A stretch of DNA of 64,000 nucleotides from the NCBI GenBank assembly GCA_036785375.1, contig JAWMAR010000289.1:2542001-2606000 (forward strand), in the 5' to 3' direction. The position numbers and the translations under genes were made by a program. Every line of letters starts with the position of its first letter. The first letter of the stretch is position 1. Of the stretch, positions 49,130 to 61,320 are shown piece after piece. The DNA is from Leucoraja ocellata (Eukaryota). The notes under the pieces are model-generated. The model searched no databases and was not told the DNA's origin. It saw only the letters and a program-made list of their open reading frames with translations.

Positions 49130-49345
49130 CGAGGAAAATACCAATACTCAGGCATTGTCAATGAAGGGAGAAATAAAATTAATGTTTCAGTTTGATTATC
49201 ATCCCTCCATTCTTGGAACAAGTGAGAAGCTCGTGAACCTCAAATGTTAACTCTTTTACTCGCTGTGTGGATGCTGCCTAGCCTGTGGAGTATTTCCAGC
49301 ATTTTCCACATGCATCACATTTCCAGCATATGCTGGGCTTTTGCA
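49130..49345. mobile_element. old PLE pLTR palindrome
   Basis: ATTAATGTTTCAG left arm; TGTTAACTCT...GATGCTGCCTAGCCTGTGGAGTATTTCCAGCATTTTC right arm and tail. Confidence 0.55.
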
Positions 49346-50054
49346 GTCTAATAATTTAATCACCATTTTTTTTTCTAATCAACTTTTGATTTTCAATTTT
49401 TTTTTCCTTTGCCCCATTGTATTCTCTGACTCACTCTAGCTGGGTTTTTTTTTCATTCATAAGTATGTGATAGTTTAGCTTTAACTTTCCCTAATCTCTA
49501 ATGGAGTGCATGAAAAAAGAATGCTTCAACTTTCTTGCAGAAATGTGCTCTGAATCTCACTTAAGGAATTAGAAAGGCAGGAATTAGAGTGAATAATCCA
49601 TTCCCATATGAATGCTTAAATCAGCCAGACTGTTTCATATTCCTCTCTATTTATATTTCAAGAGAGGACCTGTTATTTACGATGAAATAATGGCCTTAAT
49701 GGTGTATGATGTGCAGAAGCTCCAACCTTCTCAGTTTTCAGTGGAAAGTCAAGTTCAACCTATGATCCTCTATCATGTGAAGAAACAAAATATTAGGGCT
49801 CAGAAACTTTGCAGTGGCAAACATGCATCCAAAATGGTTGGATACATGCCTTTTTCACAATAATATGCAAGATATGACCTTTGTTAAAATTCAACAAGTA
49901 TATATAAATAAGTGAGTAAATGTCTATGGAGCAGGTTGCAAAAGTGTAAACACGCCTATCTGCTAAAGTGTGAAGGCATATCCATTAAATACCCAACCAT
50001 GGTTACAGCAGAAAAGATTACAAACTGCAGCATGACAAACAGCGTAATCATTTT

Positions 50055-50126
50055 TAAGATGATAAGGATTGTAGAGCAGCAGTAGTCAATATAGTTTCTT
50101 AAACTGCTCCAGCAATCAATATTATC

Positions 50127-50193
<67 letters not shown>

Positions 50194-50525
50194 CTATCAG
50201 TAATCTCATCTTTGCTCTCAACGCCTTCCTGCCTGATCCCTGGAACCTCCAGTCCAAAAAACGAGTCAGTTTCAGTCTTAAAGATGTTTAATGACTTGGC
50301 CCTCTGCCCTCTGTGATAGAAAATTTCAAAGATACACAAATATAAAACATCCCCCTCATCTTCTCCTGAAACTACAGTCCCAAATTCCAAATTCCCCCAT
50401 GAGCTGAAACAAACTACAGCATTATGGTATTTCAAAATTGTGTACGATTCAATAAGATCTCCTTTCATTCTTTGAAACTACAGTGACTGTTAGACCAATT
50501 GCTTATTTTCCTCCTGATGAGACCA
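50055..50525 (-). mobile_element. degenerate CR1 3' end containing a (TATC)n expansion
   Basis: MKGDLIESYTILK, KSLNIFKTETD on the minus strand. Confidence 0.65.
50127..50193. repeat. (ATCT)n / GATA tetranucleotide microsatellite
   Basis: ~16 perfect units. Confidence 0.95.
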
Positions 50526-50526
50526 T

Positions 50527-51158
50527 CATTCATAGCAAAAGGATTTGAGTATAGGAGCAGGGAGGTTCTACTGCAGTTGTACAGAGTCTTGCTGAGACCA
50601 CACCTGGAGTATTGCGTACAGTTTTGGTCTCCAAATCTGAGGAAAGACATTCTTGCCATAGAGGGAGTACAGAGAAGGTTCACCAGACTGATTCCTGGGA
50701 TGTCAGGACTTTCATATGAAGAAAGACTGGATAGACTTGGCTTGTACTCTCTAGAATTTAGGAGATTGAGGGGGGATCTTATAGAAACTTACAACATTCT
50801 TAAGGGGTTGGACAGGCTAGATGCAGGAAGATTGTTCCCGATGTTGGAGAAGTCCAGGACAAGGGGTCACAGTTTGAGGATAGAGGGAAATCCTTTAGGA
50901 CCGAGATGAGAAAAACATTTTTCACACAGAGAGCGGTGAATCTCTGGAACTCTCTGCACAGCAGGCCAGTTCATTGGCTATATTTAAGAGGGAGTTTGAT
51001 GTGGCCCTTGTGGCTAAAGGGATCAGGGGGTATGGAGAGAAGGCAGGTGCAGGATACTGAGTTGGATGATCAGCCATGATCATGTAGAATGGCGGTGCAG
51101 GCTCGTAGGGCCGAATGGCCTACTCCTTCACCTATTTTCTATTTTTCTATGTTTCTAT
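50527..51158 (+). mobile_element. young CR1 3' fragment (same subfamily as 40214)
   Basis: FIAKGFEYRSREVLLQLYRVL...RGHSLRI; tail TTTCTATGTTTCTAT. Confidence 0.93.
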
Positions 51159-51264
51159 CCCTTCATCCTTGAACTAGTTGTAACGCAAACAATTGTACGT
51201 GGCCATGGGTTTAACTCAAGCAGAACCAAAAGTACGAAACAAACAATATTTCAAACGTAGGGAA

Positions 51265-51422
51265 TCTGAAATAAAATCAGTGCTGGATAGCAGTCAGCAG
51301 GCCGGGATCTCATTGATAAAAGACCCAAAAAATTAAGATAGAGACACAAGTAACTACTGGAATCTTGATCAAACCACAAAGTGACGGAGGAACTCGCCAG
51401 GTCAGACAGCATCCGGGGAGGT

Positions 51423-51456
<34 letters not shown>

Positions 51457-51529
51457 GGGGGGGAAGAGGCGGAGGGGGGGAGGGAGGGGGAGGGGGGAAC
51501 AATGTTTCTTGTCGGGACCCTTCTTCAGA
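51265..51529 (-). mobile_element. two adjacent or nested pLTR remnants with internal poly-G expansion
   Basis: GTGCTGGATAGCAGTCAGCAGG (old); GACACAAG..CTGGAATCTTG..GGTCAGACAGCATC [poly-G] GTCGGGACCCTTCTTCAGA. Confidence 0.65.
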
Positions 51530-51589
51530 AAATTTAAGTTTATTTCACTGCATTGTGTGCCATCTACAAAATGTACTGCATTTACTTGC

Positions 51590-51870
51590 TTGGACCACTC
51601 CAACAGCACCTCTCTCAAATCCATGACTTCTGAAATAAGAAGGCCAAGGACAGGAGACACATGTGAACACCACCACTTGCAGATTACCCGGCCAGTTGCA
51701 CACCCTCCTGACTTTGGAAATAAAGCATTGTTCCTTCATTTTCACTGGGCTTAGATTCTCCACCAGAAGACCTGCAGCAGTTCAAGAAGGTGGCTCATCA
51801 CCACTATCTGAAAAGTAACTGAGGAAGGATGTAAATGCTGCCACTTTACCAATGTCATTCCTGATCCTCC
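51590..51870 (+). mobile_element. old LINE (CR1/L2-group) 3' fragment
   Basis: EHHHLQ...HPPD; CAGCAGTTCAAGAAGGTGGCTCATCACCAC; homologous to 29605-29815. Confidence 0.55.
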
Positions 51871-52837
51871 TGCCATTGGGAACAGCCCCACTGTATGTAA
51901 CACAATTAATTTGACCATCCATATTCAACCTCTTCTTTACCTTCTCTGCTTGAACAAGAATGAATCTAATTAATTTAAAAAAAGACATAATCCTAAGTAA
52001 TTACATCTCACTATTATGACTGCATGTGTTTTTATTTAACATGTGGAATAGCAAGTTTAATTATGGAAGAATACAAGAGAAGAACTCTAAGTACTGTAAT
52101 CAAAGCATAAGCTGAGTATTAAAAGGAAATTTTGCTAACAAAGTGGAAAGGAAATCTGCCTCCCACAACATTCTGTTTTATCTGCAGCCATGCTTTGTGT
52201 GCAGTTTAAATCTACTCTCCAACCAGTGAAAGCAAACTCCTATTTATCTTAGAATATTAATCTCCACATAAACACTAACAGAGGGGAAATGTTTGATTTT
52301 TTAAAATATAACACAAATTTTAGAGAAAACACTGTCAAGAATTATTTTTATAGCTTCCTTACTATCCTTGTGCAGCACAAAGGAATTTATTCAAAGAACT
52401 GTCGTGTCTTGCAGGATGGGAAATTGATTTGGGGAAACTCCAAGCTCAAACCCAAGTGTTCAGACATGTACAGCAGCTCCAAGTGCGTGGAAAACATTTT
52501 TACCTTATTTTTGCCAAATTTATTTGCACATATGGCTAGAGAAGAATCTGCTTCTCGTGCAGAGGTTAGTTCCGCAAAACGCATACCCTGCCAAAACACG
52601 TTAAAATGGGTGTGCCTCTCAAAGTTGGAAGGTGTGGAGTCCAGAGTGGAGAGCCATCTACTAGATTGTCCCCCTTTAAATTCACCCATCGCTGTCATTC
52701 TTTGGACCAATCTCACTCACCAATGAAGTCTAGGAATACGGAGACGCAAGGAACTGCTGATGCTGGAATCTTGCATGGAACACAAAGTTCTGGAGAACAC
52801 AGCGGGATGCAGCATCTCTCACCTTGGAGAGTATAAG

Positions 52838-53083
52838 CAGGAGTTTCTTCCCAGAGGCCATTAGGGCTGTAAACTCCTATCTCACCAGGGACTAACTTTA
52901 CTGTACCAATTTACTGTTGTGTGGTGTCTTTTTAAAATTGCTGTTTTTTCTTTTTTTCCCCTCCCACAAATATTCCATTCTGTTTTGTAGGGGTTTTTTT
53001 TTTGCACAATCCGCAAGCATTGTCATTTTTCATTTTACTGCACATCTCGTATGTGTATGTGACAAATAAACTTGACTTGACTT
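52838..53083 (+). mobile_element. Rex1 3' end (same family as 74-837)
   Basis: GGAGTTTCTTCCCAGAGGCCATTAGG..GGGACTAA; AATAAA(CTTGA)n. Confidence 0.88.
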
Positions 53084-53453
53084 GTCTGGACGACATGAAC
53101 GAGCGAGGTTTCGGGTCGGCACCCGTCCTAAAATGTTGCCTATCCATAAATCAAGTGAATATCCAATGTTCCTGATGTGGTTTCCTGTACATTGACAAGA
53201 CTAAGCAACCGTTTCTCCAATTGCGCTCCGTCTGCCAAGGCCTACTGCTTCATCCATTTGCTAACCATTTTAATGCTTCTTCCCATTCCCATACTGACTT
53301 ACCCATTCTAGGCCTCCATTACCAGGATGAGACTACAAACAACAAAGAGAAAATGCACATATTCCGCTTACAACTCAAATAAATAAATATTGAATTTTCC
53401 AATTTTAGATAACCCCCCCCACTTCTTCTACCCCCGTCCTCCTCCTCTCCTCT

Positions 53454-53700
53454 GTACCCCGTTCCTGCCTTCTCCCCATATCCCCTGACTCCGCTATTTT
53501 TAAGAGCCCTATCCAGCTCCCTCTTGAAAGCATCTGCCTCCACTGCCCTCTGAGGCAGAGAATTCCACACTCACCACTCTATGTGAGAAAAGGTGTTTCC
53601 TCGTCTCCGTTCTAAATGGCTCACTCCTTATTCTTAAGCTGTGGCCCCTAGTTCTGGACTCCCCCAACATGGGGAACATGTTTCCTACCTCTAGTGTGTC
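53454..53700 (-). mobile_element. CR1 ORF2 terminal fragment lacking 3' UTR
   Basis: WNSLPQRAVEADAFKRELDRALK...GYGEKAGTGY on the minus strand. Confidence 0.82.
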
Positions 53701-54330
53701 CCCCTCACCTGTTTCAACGTATTACCCTGCCCCTCATCTCTTCTAGCTTTCTGCCCCTCCCCCTCCAATCTACTGAAGGGTTCCGACCCGAAACGTCTCC
53801 CATCCATGGTCTCCAGACATGGTACCTGACCTTCTGAGCTACTCCAGCACTTTGTGTCCTTTTCAAACCAGATGTTTTTGACCCAGTGTTAGCCTGAGCA
53901 CCCCTGGGCTCTAACCCCGTATCGATCTGGGCACTCCCTCAACCAGAGTGCCCCCTCAAGTGCCAGTTACAAGAGTCTGCTGATTAGTAAAGTGCCTGAG
54001 AGCCAAACATTTACTCTAGGTGGAAAAAGTTTCTGGGATCTACCAGAGGTGAAGATTACAATCCAATAGAATATGCAAAGCTGGCAAAATGCAGATGACA
54101 TCATAATTTTGGAAGAAAATTTTAATCTTTAAATACACCACACACAGTTATACTTGACAGATGAATGCTCTTTTAGTGAAGCCGACTATTCAGTGCAAAC
54201 AATAGGGGAGATTAATGTTTACATCATTGTGATATGAATAGATTTAGCTCAGCTCTATAATTAAAGCACAAATCTCACAAGGCTTTATGAAGGGTAACTG
54301 TCCATTAGACTCACATTGATTTTTGTAAGA

Positions 54331-54633
54331 GGCACGGTGGCACAGGAGTAGAGTTGCTATCTTACAGCGCCAGATACCCGGGTCCAATCCTGACCATGGA
54401 CGCTGTCTGTACATGGTTTGTACGTTATCCCCGTGACCACGTGGGTTTTCCCCAGGTGCTCCAGTTTCCTCCCACATTCCACAGATGTACAGGTTTGTAG
54501 GTTAATTGGCTTTGGTAAAGATTGTAAATTGTCCCCGGTGTGTAGGATAGTATTAGTGTACAGGGATCGCGGGGCGGTGCGGATCTGGTGGGCCGAAGGG
54601 CCTGTTTCTGTGCTGTATATCTAAACTAAAACT
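54331..54633 (+). mobile_element. HE1-like V-SINE, full length
   Basis: tRNA head, V-domain GGGTTTTCCCCAGGTGCTCCAGTTTCCTCCCAC, CR1-type tail and CTAAACTAAA. Confidence 0.9.
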
Positions 54634-54964
54634 AGTGGCTGCCAGATATCTTCACACACTCTATTCCTTGCAATCAGGGACAAGGAAATCATTCCCATGA
54701 TGGCATTCACTAAGAATTTAAATTCCACCTTGTAAAATCCGAGCAGACTCCATCTCCAGGCCGCTCCTATGCATTTCATAGTTTAGCTTGGCACCCCTCC
54801 AGAATGTCCTGGAGTCTCCAGAAATTAAAAGTTGCTTTCTCGCCTGCTTCCAATTGCACTTAACACGCAGAGGGAGTGTACATACTGCTAGCCTGTGACT
54901 GCAGGACAGCCAACCAACAATGTACCATGTTGATACCAAGGGAAGTAACACGGACAAGTCATAC

Positions 54965-54967
<3 letters not shown>

Positions 54968-54998
<31 letters not shown>
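54968..54998. repeat. (CT)n microsatellite
   Basis: ~15 CT units. Confidence 0.95.
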
Positions 54999-55000
<2 letters not shown>

Positions 55001-55231
55001 GCTGTTAATTTTAAAAAGACCATACTGGTGTCTGAAATACATCCATAATTGATATTTAGAACTATCTGAAAAGGTCAAACTCTTACTGTCAACTCCAAAG
55101 CCTTAAGGAGACTACAGGTGTCTCAGAGAAATCTCCTTGCAGACAAAGCTTTCTCAAGGCATGAACGAAGATGAATTGTTGATCATTCAGCTGGCTGTTA
55201 CCAAAACATCCACATTTTCAACACATGAGTT

Positions 55232-55550
55232 GGCACAATGGCACAGTGGTAGACGTGCTGCCTTACCCTGCGCCAGATATCCGGGTTCGATCCTGACTAC
55301 AGGTGCTGCCTGTATGGATTTTGTACATTCTCCCCGTGACTGTGTGTGTTTTCTGCAAGTGCTCCAGTTTCCTCCCACATCTCCAAAGATGTACAGGTTT
55401 GTAGGTTCATTGACTTTGGTAAAATTGTAAAATTGTCCCTGATGTGCAGGATAGTGCTAGTGTACAGGGATCGCTGGTCGTCGAGGACTTGGTGGGATGA
55501 AGGGTCCGTCTCTAAACTCTAAATATACGCTGTATATCTAAACTCTAAAC
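55232..55550 (+). mobile_element. HE1-like V-SINE, full length
   Basis: TGGCACAGTGG, GGTTCGATCC, V-domain, tail CTAAACTCTAAAC. Confidence 0.88.
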
Positions 55551-55809
55551 ATGGTTTCACTATAAGAAATGCCGAATTATTTTTGAACAACTTCTGTTAC
55601 ACGAAGATATGAGCTGGAAAAGAAAAGCTTTTAATGCAAGTTTGAAGTTAAACCTTAGTACCAGGAGAACTAGAAATTATGTCAGGTAGAATTTTCATTG
55701 CATAAGTAGTGATCAGTAGCTGCCATATTCTTGAGTTGGGCACTGGGAACAAAATCCTTGGTGATGGTGCACAGTGTGTGCTATCGGCATGTAGTTGGCA
55801 TGTGCCTCC

Positions 55810-56065
55810 CTATGACCACTTGGGTTTCACCTGGGTGCCATGGATTGCCTCCCACATTCCAAAGATGTGCGGCTCAGTAGATTAATTGGCCATTGTGATT
55901 TGTCCCTAAAGCGTAGGTGAGTGATAGAATCAAGAGAAAAATGGTGGGAAGGCAAGAGAATAAAAAAAGGAATTAAAGTAGGAGTGTTGTAAATTGGTGG
56001 CAGATGGTTAGCATGAAGTTGTTGGGCTGAACGGCCTGTTTCCATACTCTACCTTTCTATGACTA
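55810..56065 (+). mobile_element. older V-SINE 3' portion
   Basis: CCTCCCACATTCCAAAGATGTGC...GGGCTGAACGGCCTGTTTCC. Confidence 0.65.
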
Positions 56066-56379
56066 TTGTGTAAGGTGAAAGCAGATGCAGTAATGGGGAA
56101 GAGGTGCGAATCGTTATCAAAGGATTAGATAGACGAGTCGAATATGTATTTACTTTTACAGCTGTCTGTTTCTAACTCTGCCCCATAATAGGACACAAGG
56201 TTTTTATAGGTATTGAACAAATGTATTCTGCAATTGTTAACCATGAATGTCTGATACTGCAATGACTTTAGAATTGTGTAAAACTAAATGAAAGTAAATT
56301 AGTTGGATGGGTATTGCTATGAAGAAAATGTGTTGTAGACAGAACAAGGAATTGCAAAGTGACTCTGCAGAAGGGTTTG

Positions 56380-56505
56380 AAGTCCTAAGAAGGGTCTCGA
56401 TCCGGAACGTCACCTATTCCTTTTCACCGGGCTGGCTGACCCGCTGAGTTACTCCAGTATTTTGTGTCTGTCTTCCATGTAAACCAGCATCTGCAGTTCC
56501 TTGTG
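56380..56505 (+). mobile_element. solo PLE pLTR plus tail
   Basis: AAGAAGGGTCTCGATCCGGAACGTCACCTATTCC...CCAGCATCTGCAGTTCC. Confidence 0.78.
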
Positions 56506-56584
56506 TGGAAAGCCACCTGAGAGTCGGATAACTGTCTCTAGACTCAGCTTTTCACATGAGCTAATCCAGGACTGAGCATTGATA

Positions 56585-56905
56585 CAAATGCAAAATGTTG
56601 CAGCTTCAGAAAACATAAATTAAAGCAGAAAATACTTGGAATATTCAGTAGGTCGGGCAGCAACTGTGGAAAGAGAAACAGCAATTGATGACTCTTGGAT
56701 TGACACAAAGAGCTGGTGTAACTCAGCAGGACAGGCAGCATCTCTGGAGAGAAGGAATGGGTGATGTTTTGGGTCAAAACCCTTCTTCAGACTGAATGAA
56801 ACTTGTTCCAATAAAAGATCATTGACCCAATCATTAATTGCGTTTCTCTCTTCTCAGCAGATGCTGCTTGACTTATTGTTATGCTTAACATTTTCAGTTT
56901 TTGTT
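56585..56905. mobile_element. old pLTR palindrome with a younger pLTR (~56698-56797, -) in its centre
   Basis: Old arms GGCAGCAACTGTGGAAAGAGAAAC / GTTTCTCTCTTCTCAGCAGATGCTGC flank GACACAAAGAGCTGG...CCCTTCTTCAGACTG. Confidence 0.7.
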
Positions 56906-59014
56906 TAATAGCAGTCAGCTGGACTGAGACTGTGTCATTTTGAACAAGGCCAGTGAGACTAAGAGCATGATTGGGCTACCAGGTTACTGAAGGCAAGACG
57001 ATGATCTAAATGAATGACAAACCAATAGCTTGCGCTCCCCTCTATCTCAGCACATGGCAAATAAATGGTGTTCCATATATTTGTTGCTTCTTTAGACGTT
57101 TACAACCCACCTTGAACAGATGAGCACATTTGCTGCACAAGGTGCAATCATCATAATTTGTTTATATTGCACTACCGCTGTCTAATGGTAGAGTAAGAAG
57201 CCTGTTAAAATTAATTGGCATGTTGCCTGTTATTTGCCTCCATGGACTTCTTCCCATCAGCAGAAAAGTTTGAGATTAGAGCCAAGTAGTGGATTTCCTT
57301 TTCATGAACTTCCACTGAACTTTTATTAGAATAAAGAACACTGGCGAAGGCTAAATGAAAAATGAGTGAATCTGTTCGTTAATTCAGGTATGAAGAGGTG
57401 ACAATTGATGACACGATGAGGGATGGGAATATTTTACAGGGACCGTTAGCATACACTAACGTAACTGGCACCATGCCAGTGTTTTACTGGCTCAGTGGAA
57501 AATTCTGAGAATCTCCATATCTTGACTAGCAATCTTCTGGTAATATCGAAGTCCAAGTGTCACCAATCAGGAATTGTGCTACAGTGCCTGTTTATTCCAA
57601 GAAGGATATGAAACTTTTTTCATTATATGTAAAATAACATGACCGAAAGTAGGAAAAATTAATGTCCTGTCCATCTTTGTGCTATTTGCCCATTTTTCTG
57701 GTTGTCTAAAGAAGGACTTCACCAGTCACTAAAATGTAAAACCCTTTCTACTTTAATGTTTAATAAACAAAACCAAATTAGGAGTGAAGCTGTTCCTTGG
57801 TTTCTTCATACAAGGCATTGCATGTATACAAGGTATTCAGATCCCCAGTAAACCAGGAAATATTTTCGCAGCTCCGTCAATGCCTAAAATAAAACCAGCT
57901 CCAAGATGTAGGCCAATACATCAGATTTCTCAGTTTTTAACAGAATTGTAATCCATTTTCTTAATGGAGCATTAAGCGTTTTCAAATCTACGTCTTCCTT
58001 CAAAATTTGCAATTAAAAGAAAGTATCTTGATAAGTATTTAGTTCTGTATGTTCCCCCTAATTGTAATTAACTTAATAAAAACATTTACTGTTTCACGAC
58101 TGAGGAAAAGTTGAGAAATGAATTCAGGTTCATTCAAAGGACTCAGCTGGGGAAGGACTTGGACTGAATTGCTCAATGGGAATCAGCCAGAACATTCTGC
58201 ATCTACTGCAGGTCATGCTGTAGGAGTCAGAGAAAGGCTTCACATTAATTTAAAAGATTGTTACAGATTAGCAGTGGGATGAAATCTGATCTTAGCAGAG
58301 AAGTACTTACTGTTAGATGCTAAAATTACCATCCAACTGAAAGGACTTTTCTTGGTTTTTCATTTTCCCATAAAGTAAGCAGCAAAATATTGCATGTGAC
58401 ATAACTGAGGGGGAATAAAATGGACGTGATAGAAACATTCAGCAGATCAGATTGTAATAATAAAGAGGGATATGTAGAGTTAACATTTTCTACTTTTGGG
58501 ATAAGTTCCAAGGAGACCAAAAATGGAAGCTCTAAAAATATCCTACTCTGCGCTCAAAGTTATTGATGACAACAGAAACTTAAAAATTGGGTCACAAACA
58601 ATAAATGCAGACGTGGGTGTAAATATCTGCAGAGGCTTCCAATGTTGGGAAACACTGAGAGATTACCATACACTGTCACAGCAATATATATTTTGACAGA
58701 TATATGGATGGGAAAGGTTTAGAGGCTTATAGACCAAATATCGGCGCATGGGTCCAGCCGACCATGCTAACTTGGACAGCATGGACCGTTTCCACACTGC
58801 ATTGTCCTATCACTCTATGAATAAGAATAGATCATTGAGTCTCACACTGTCCCATGGATGATCAATATAGTTGATTCTGTTCTCTAGCAGCCCTGTCACA
58901 CTCTCCATGTCATCATTTAGTTCTTAATCTCGATCTAGACGACCAGTGTTAATTTTCACCCATGGGATTGGCCCAAGGGTGTAGTTGAGTTCAGTGTTGG
59001 CCATTCAACCTGCA

Positions 59015-59101
59015 ACGATACGATAGAACTTTATTTATCCCAGGAGGGAAATTAATTTGCCTAGTCATAAAAAAACACATAATACGAAACATGAAATTAA
59101 A
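59015..59101 (-). mobile_element. short Rex1-like 3' tail
   Basis: Minus strand ends GGGATAAATAAAGTTCTATCGTATCGT; imperfect flank repeat GCAAC(G/A)AT. Confidence 0.55.
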
Positions 59102-59646
59102 GCAACAATGGTGAATATCAACTGATACTTCAAAACAACTAGCCACCTCACCCTGGGTTACACTGCCTGCTTCTGTCGACATCCCAAGATCATCCTCCAT
59201 TGGGAGCCTGGCTCCCTGTTCTTCAGACAGCCACATCGGAACCTGAATCAGCTCAGGAAACTGGCTGCTCTCAAACGATGACTTTGACAGCCGTTGAGCC
59301 CCTGCCCCCATACTTATCGGCTGTCTGCATTACTGCCTGTTAGTGAATTACTTTTGATGTTTTATCAGAAGCCTTTTAAAAATGTTTATAATATTTTTTT
59401 AAATTAGAACAATTTTACCTTTGAGCGACTCCAAAAACAATCCACTTGCTAAAGATCAATTAAAATTAAAACTTACAAATAATTAATAAATAACCCTGAC
59501 AAACTCCCATAGCAATGAATGCCTCACTCTAACTATCCTGCTTTTGCCAGGCATGAGATAGCAATGGCTCTCAGGGCAGATTTCCCAACCCAAACAATGG
59601 AAAGCTTGTGAAAATTCTTAGTGCCCTGCTTACTCCAGGAGAGGTC

Positions 59647-60438
59647 ATAGAAACATAGAAACATAGAAATTAGGTGCAGGAGTAGGCCATTCGGCCCTTC
59701 GAGCCTGTACCGCCATTCAATATGATCATGGCTGATTATCCAACTCAGTATCCCGTACCTGCCTTCTCTCCATACCCCCTGATCCCCTTAGCCACAAGGG
59801 CCACATATAACTCCCTCTTAAATATAGCCAATGAACTGGCCTCAACTACCCTCTGTGGCAGAGAGTTCCAGAGATTCACCACTCTCTGTGTGAAAAAAGT
59901 TCTTCTCATCTCGGTTTTAAAGGATTTCCCCCTTATCCTTAAGCTGTGACCCCTTGTCCTGGACTTCCCTAACATCGGGAACAATCTTCCTGCATCTAGC
60001 CTGTCCAACCCCTTAAGAATTTTGTAAGTTTCTATAAGATCCCCTCTCAATCTCCTAAATTCTAGAGAGTATAAACCAAGTCTATCCAGTCTTTCTTCAT
60101 AAGACAGTCCTGACATCCCAGGAATCAGTCTGGTGAACCGTCTTTGCACTCCCTCTATGGTAATAATGTCCTTCCTCAGATTTGGAGACCAAAACTGTAC
60201 GCAATACTCCAGGTGTGGTCTCACCAAGACCCTGTACAACTGCAGTAGAACCTCCCTGCTCCTATACTCAAATCCTTTTGCAATGAAAGCTAACATACCA
60301 TTCGCTTTCTTTACTGCCTGCTGCACCTGCATGCCTACCTTCAATGACTGGTGTACCATGACACCCAGGTCACGCTGCATCTCCCCCTTTCCCAATCGGC
60401 CACCATTTAGATAATAGTCTGCTTTCCCGTTTTTGCCA
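59647..60438 (-). mobile_element. young CR1 3' fragment (same subfamily as 40214)
   Basis: 233-aa open frame 59745-60446 nearly identical to the C-terminal part of 40295-41302; (CATAGAAA)n tail. Confidence 0.95.
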
Positions 60439-61032
60439 TGGTCCATTAGACCATGACAGTGCAGCTACAGGCAGCAGTCAATCATGGTGCAGAAGGTGCT
60501 GTCAGATTAAACCAGCAGCAATGCTGGAAACCAGGGCTCCTGCAGAGATTATTTGGGAAAAACCCTCCAAATCCTCAGTCCCGGCCGCTGGCTGGAAGAT
60601 CAGCCCCATTCAGCTTCTAATGGGGGGTGAGAGGAATGCTATTCAATCTGTAATATTTTAATTATTACCACTCCACAGTTTTAAAATTTGTCTTTACCAA
60701 AATACATACCATCATTTGGAACATTGTCAAAACTCTCAGTTCAATGATGAAAGTAACAAGCAAGCAAATGGCATTGTGACTGCTCCAAACTGGATTAAAC
60801 ATTTCAGGAGGCTCTGAGTAACAAGAACAATGCCCCATTTTGTTCAATCAGAAAGTCCACACAGACAAAAATGGGCTGAACAGTCTCTTTCTGTGCTGCA
60901 ACAGTCTATGTGATGTTCTTAAGCTTCTAAAGTGGAGATTGAACACTTGGCAATTTGGGCCACAGACAAGGTACCACTATTGGTTCCAACTTCTCAGCAG
61001 GTATTGTACAGAGAACAGGATCTTAGAAGGTT

Positions 61033-61320
61033 AGAGACCCGGGTTCAATCACCATCTCGGGTGTAATCTGCATGGAGTTTGCATAGTTTCCCTTTGACTG
61101 CATTGTGTTTCCCCTGGATATTCTGGTTTCCTACCATATCATAACGTCCTGTGGGTTTTATTGGTTAATTGGTCACTGTAAATTGACCCTAGTTTGTCAG
61201 GGCATGGAGTCGAGAATAAGAAAATGAGATGAATTTAGAATTAGTGTAACTGAGTAGTTGGCCAGTGAGGACTCGCTGAGACAAAGGATCCATTTCCGAG
61301 CTGTATCTCTCTATGACTCT
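61033..61320 (+). mobile_element. V-SINE, 5'-clipped
   Basis: AGAGACCCGGGTTCAATC, TGGAGTTTGCAT V-domain, tail GCTGTATCTCTCTATGACTCTA. Confidence 0.7.

Larger units (their letters stand above)
52740..53862 (+). mobile_element. older PLE with inverted pLTRs, interrupted twice
   Basis: Inverted tail-bearing pLTR at left; ANHFNASSHSHTDL and NIEFSNFR* at ~53260-53413; right pLTR GAAGGGTTCCGACCCGAAACGTC. Confidence 0.72.

Noticed and set aside
51251-51754. Poly-Pro/poly-Gly ORFs (also near 18179, 21544, 46324)
   Set aside because: Translations of poly-G/C runs in repeats, not proteins
52289-52726. Overlapping 145-aa (+) and 109-aa (-) ORFs in unique DNA
   Set aside because: No recognisable domain or convincing splice boundaries
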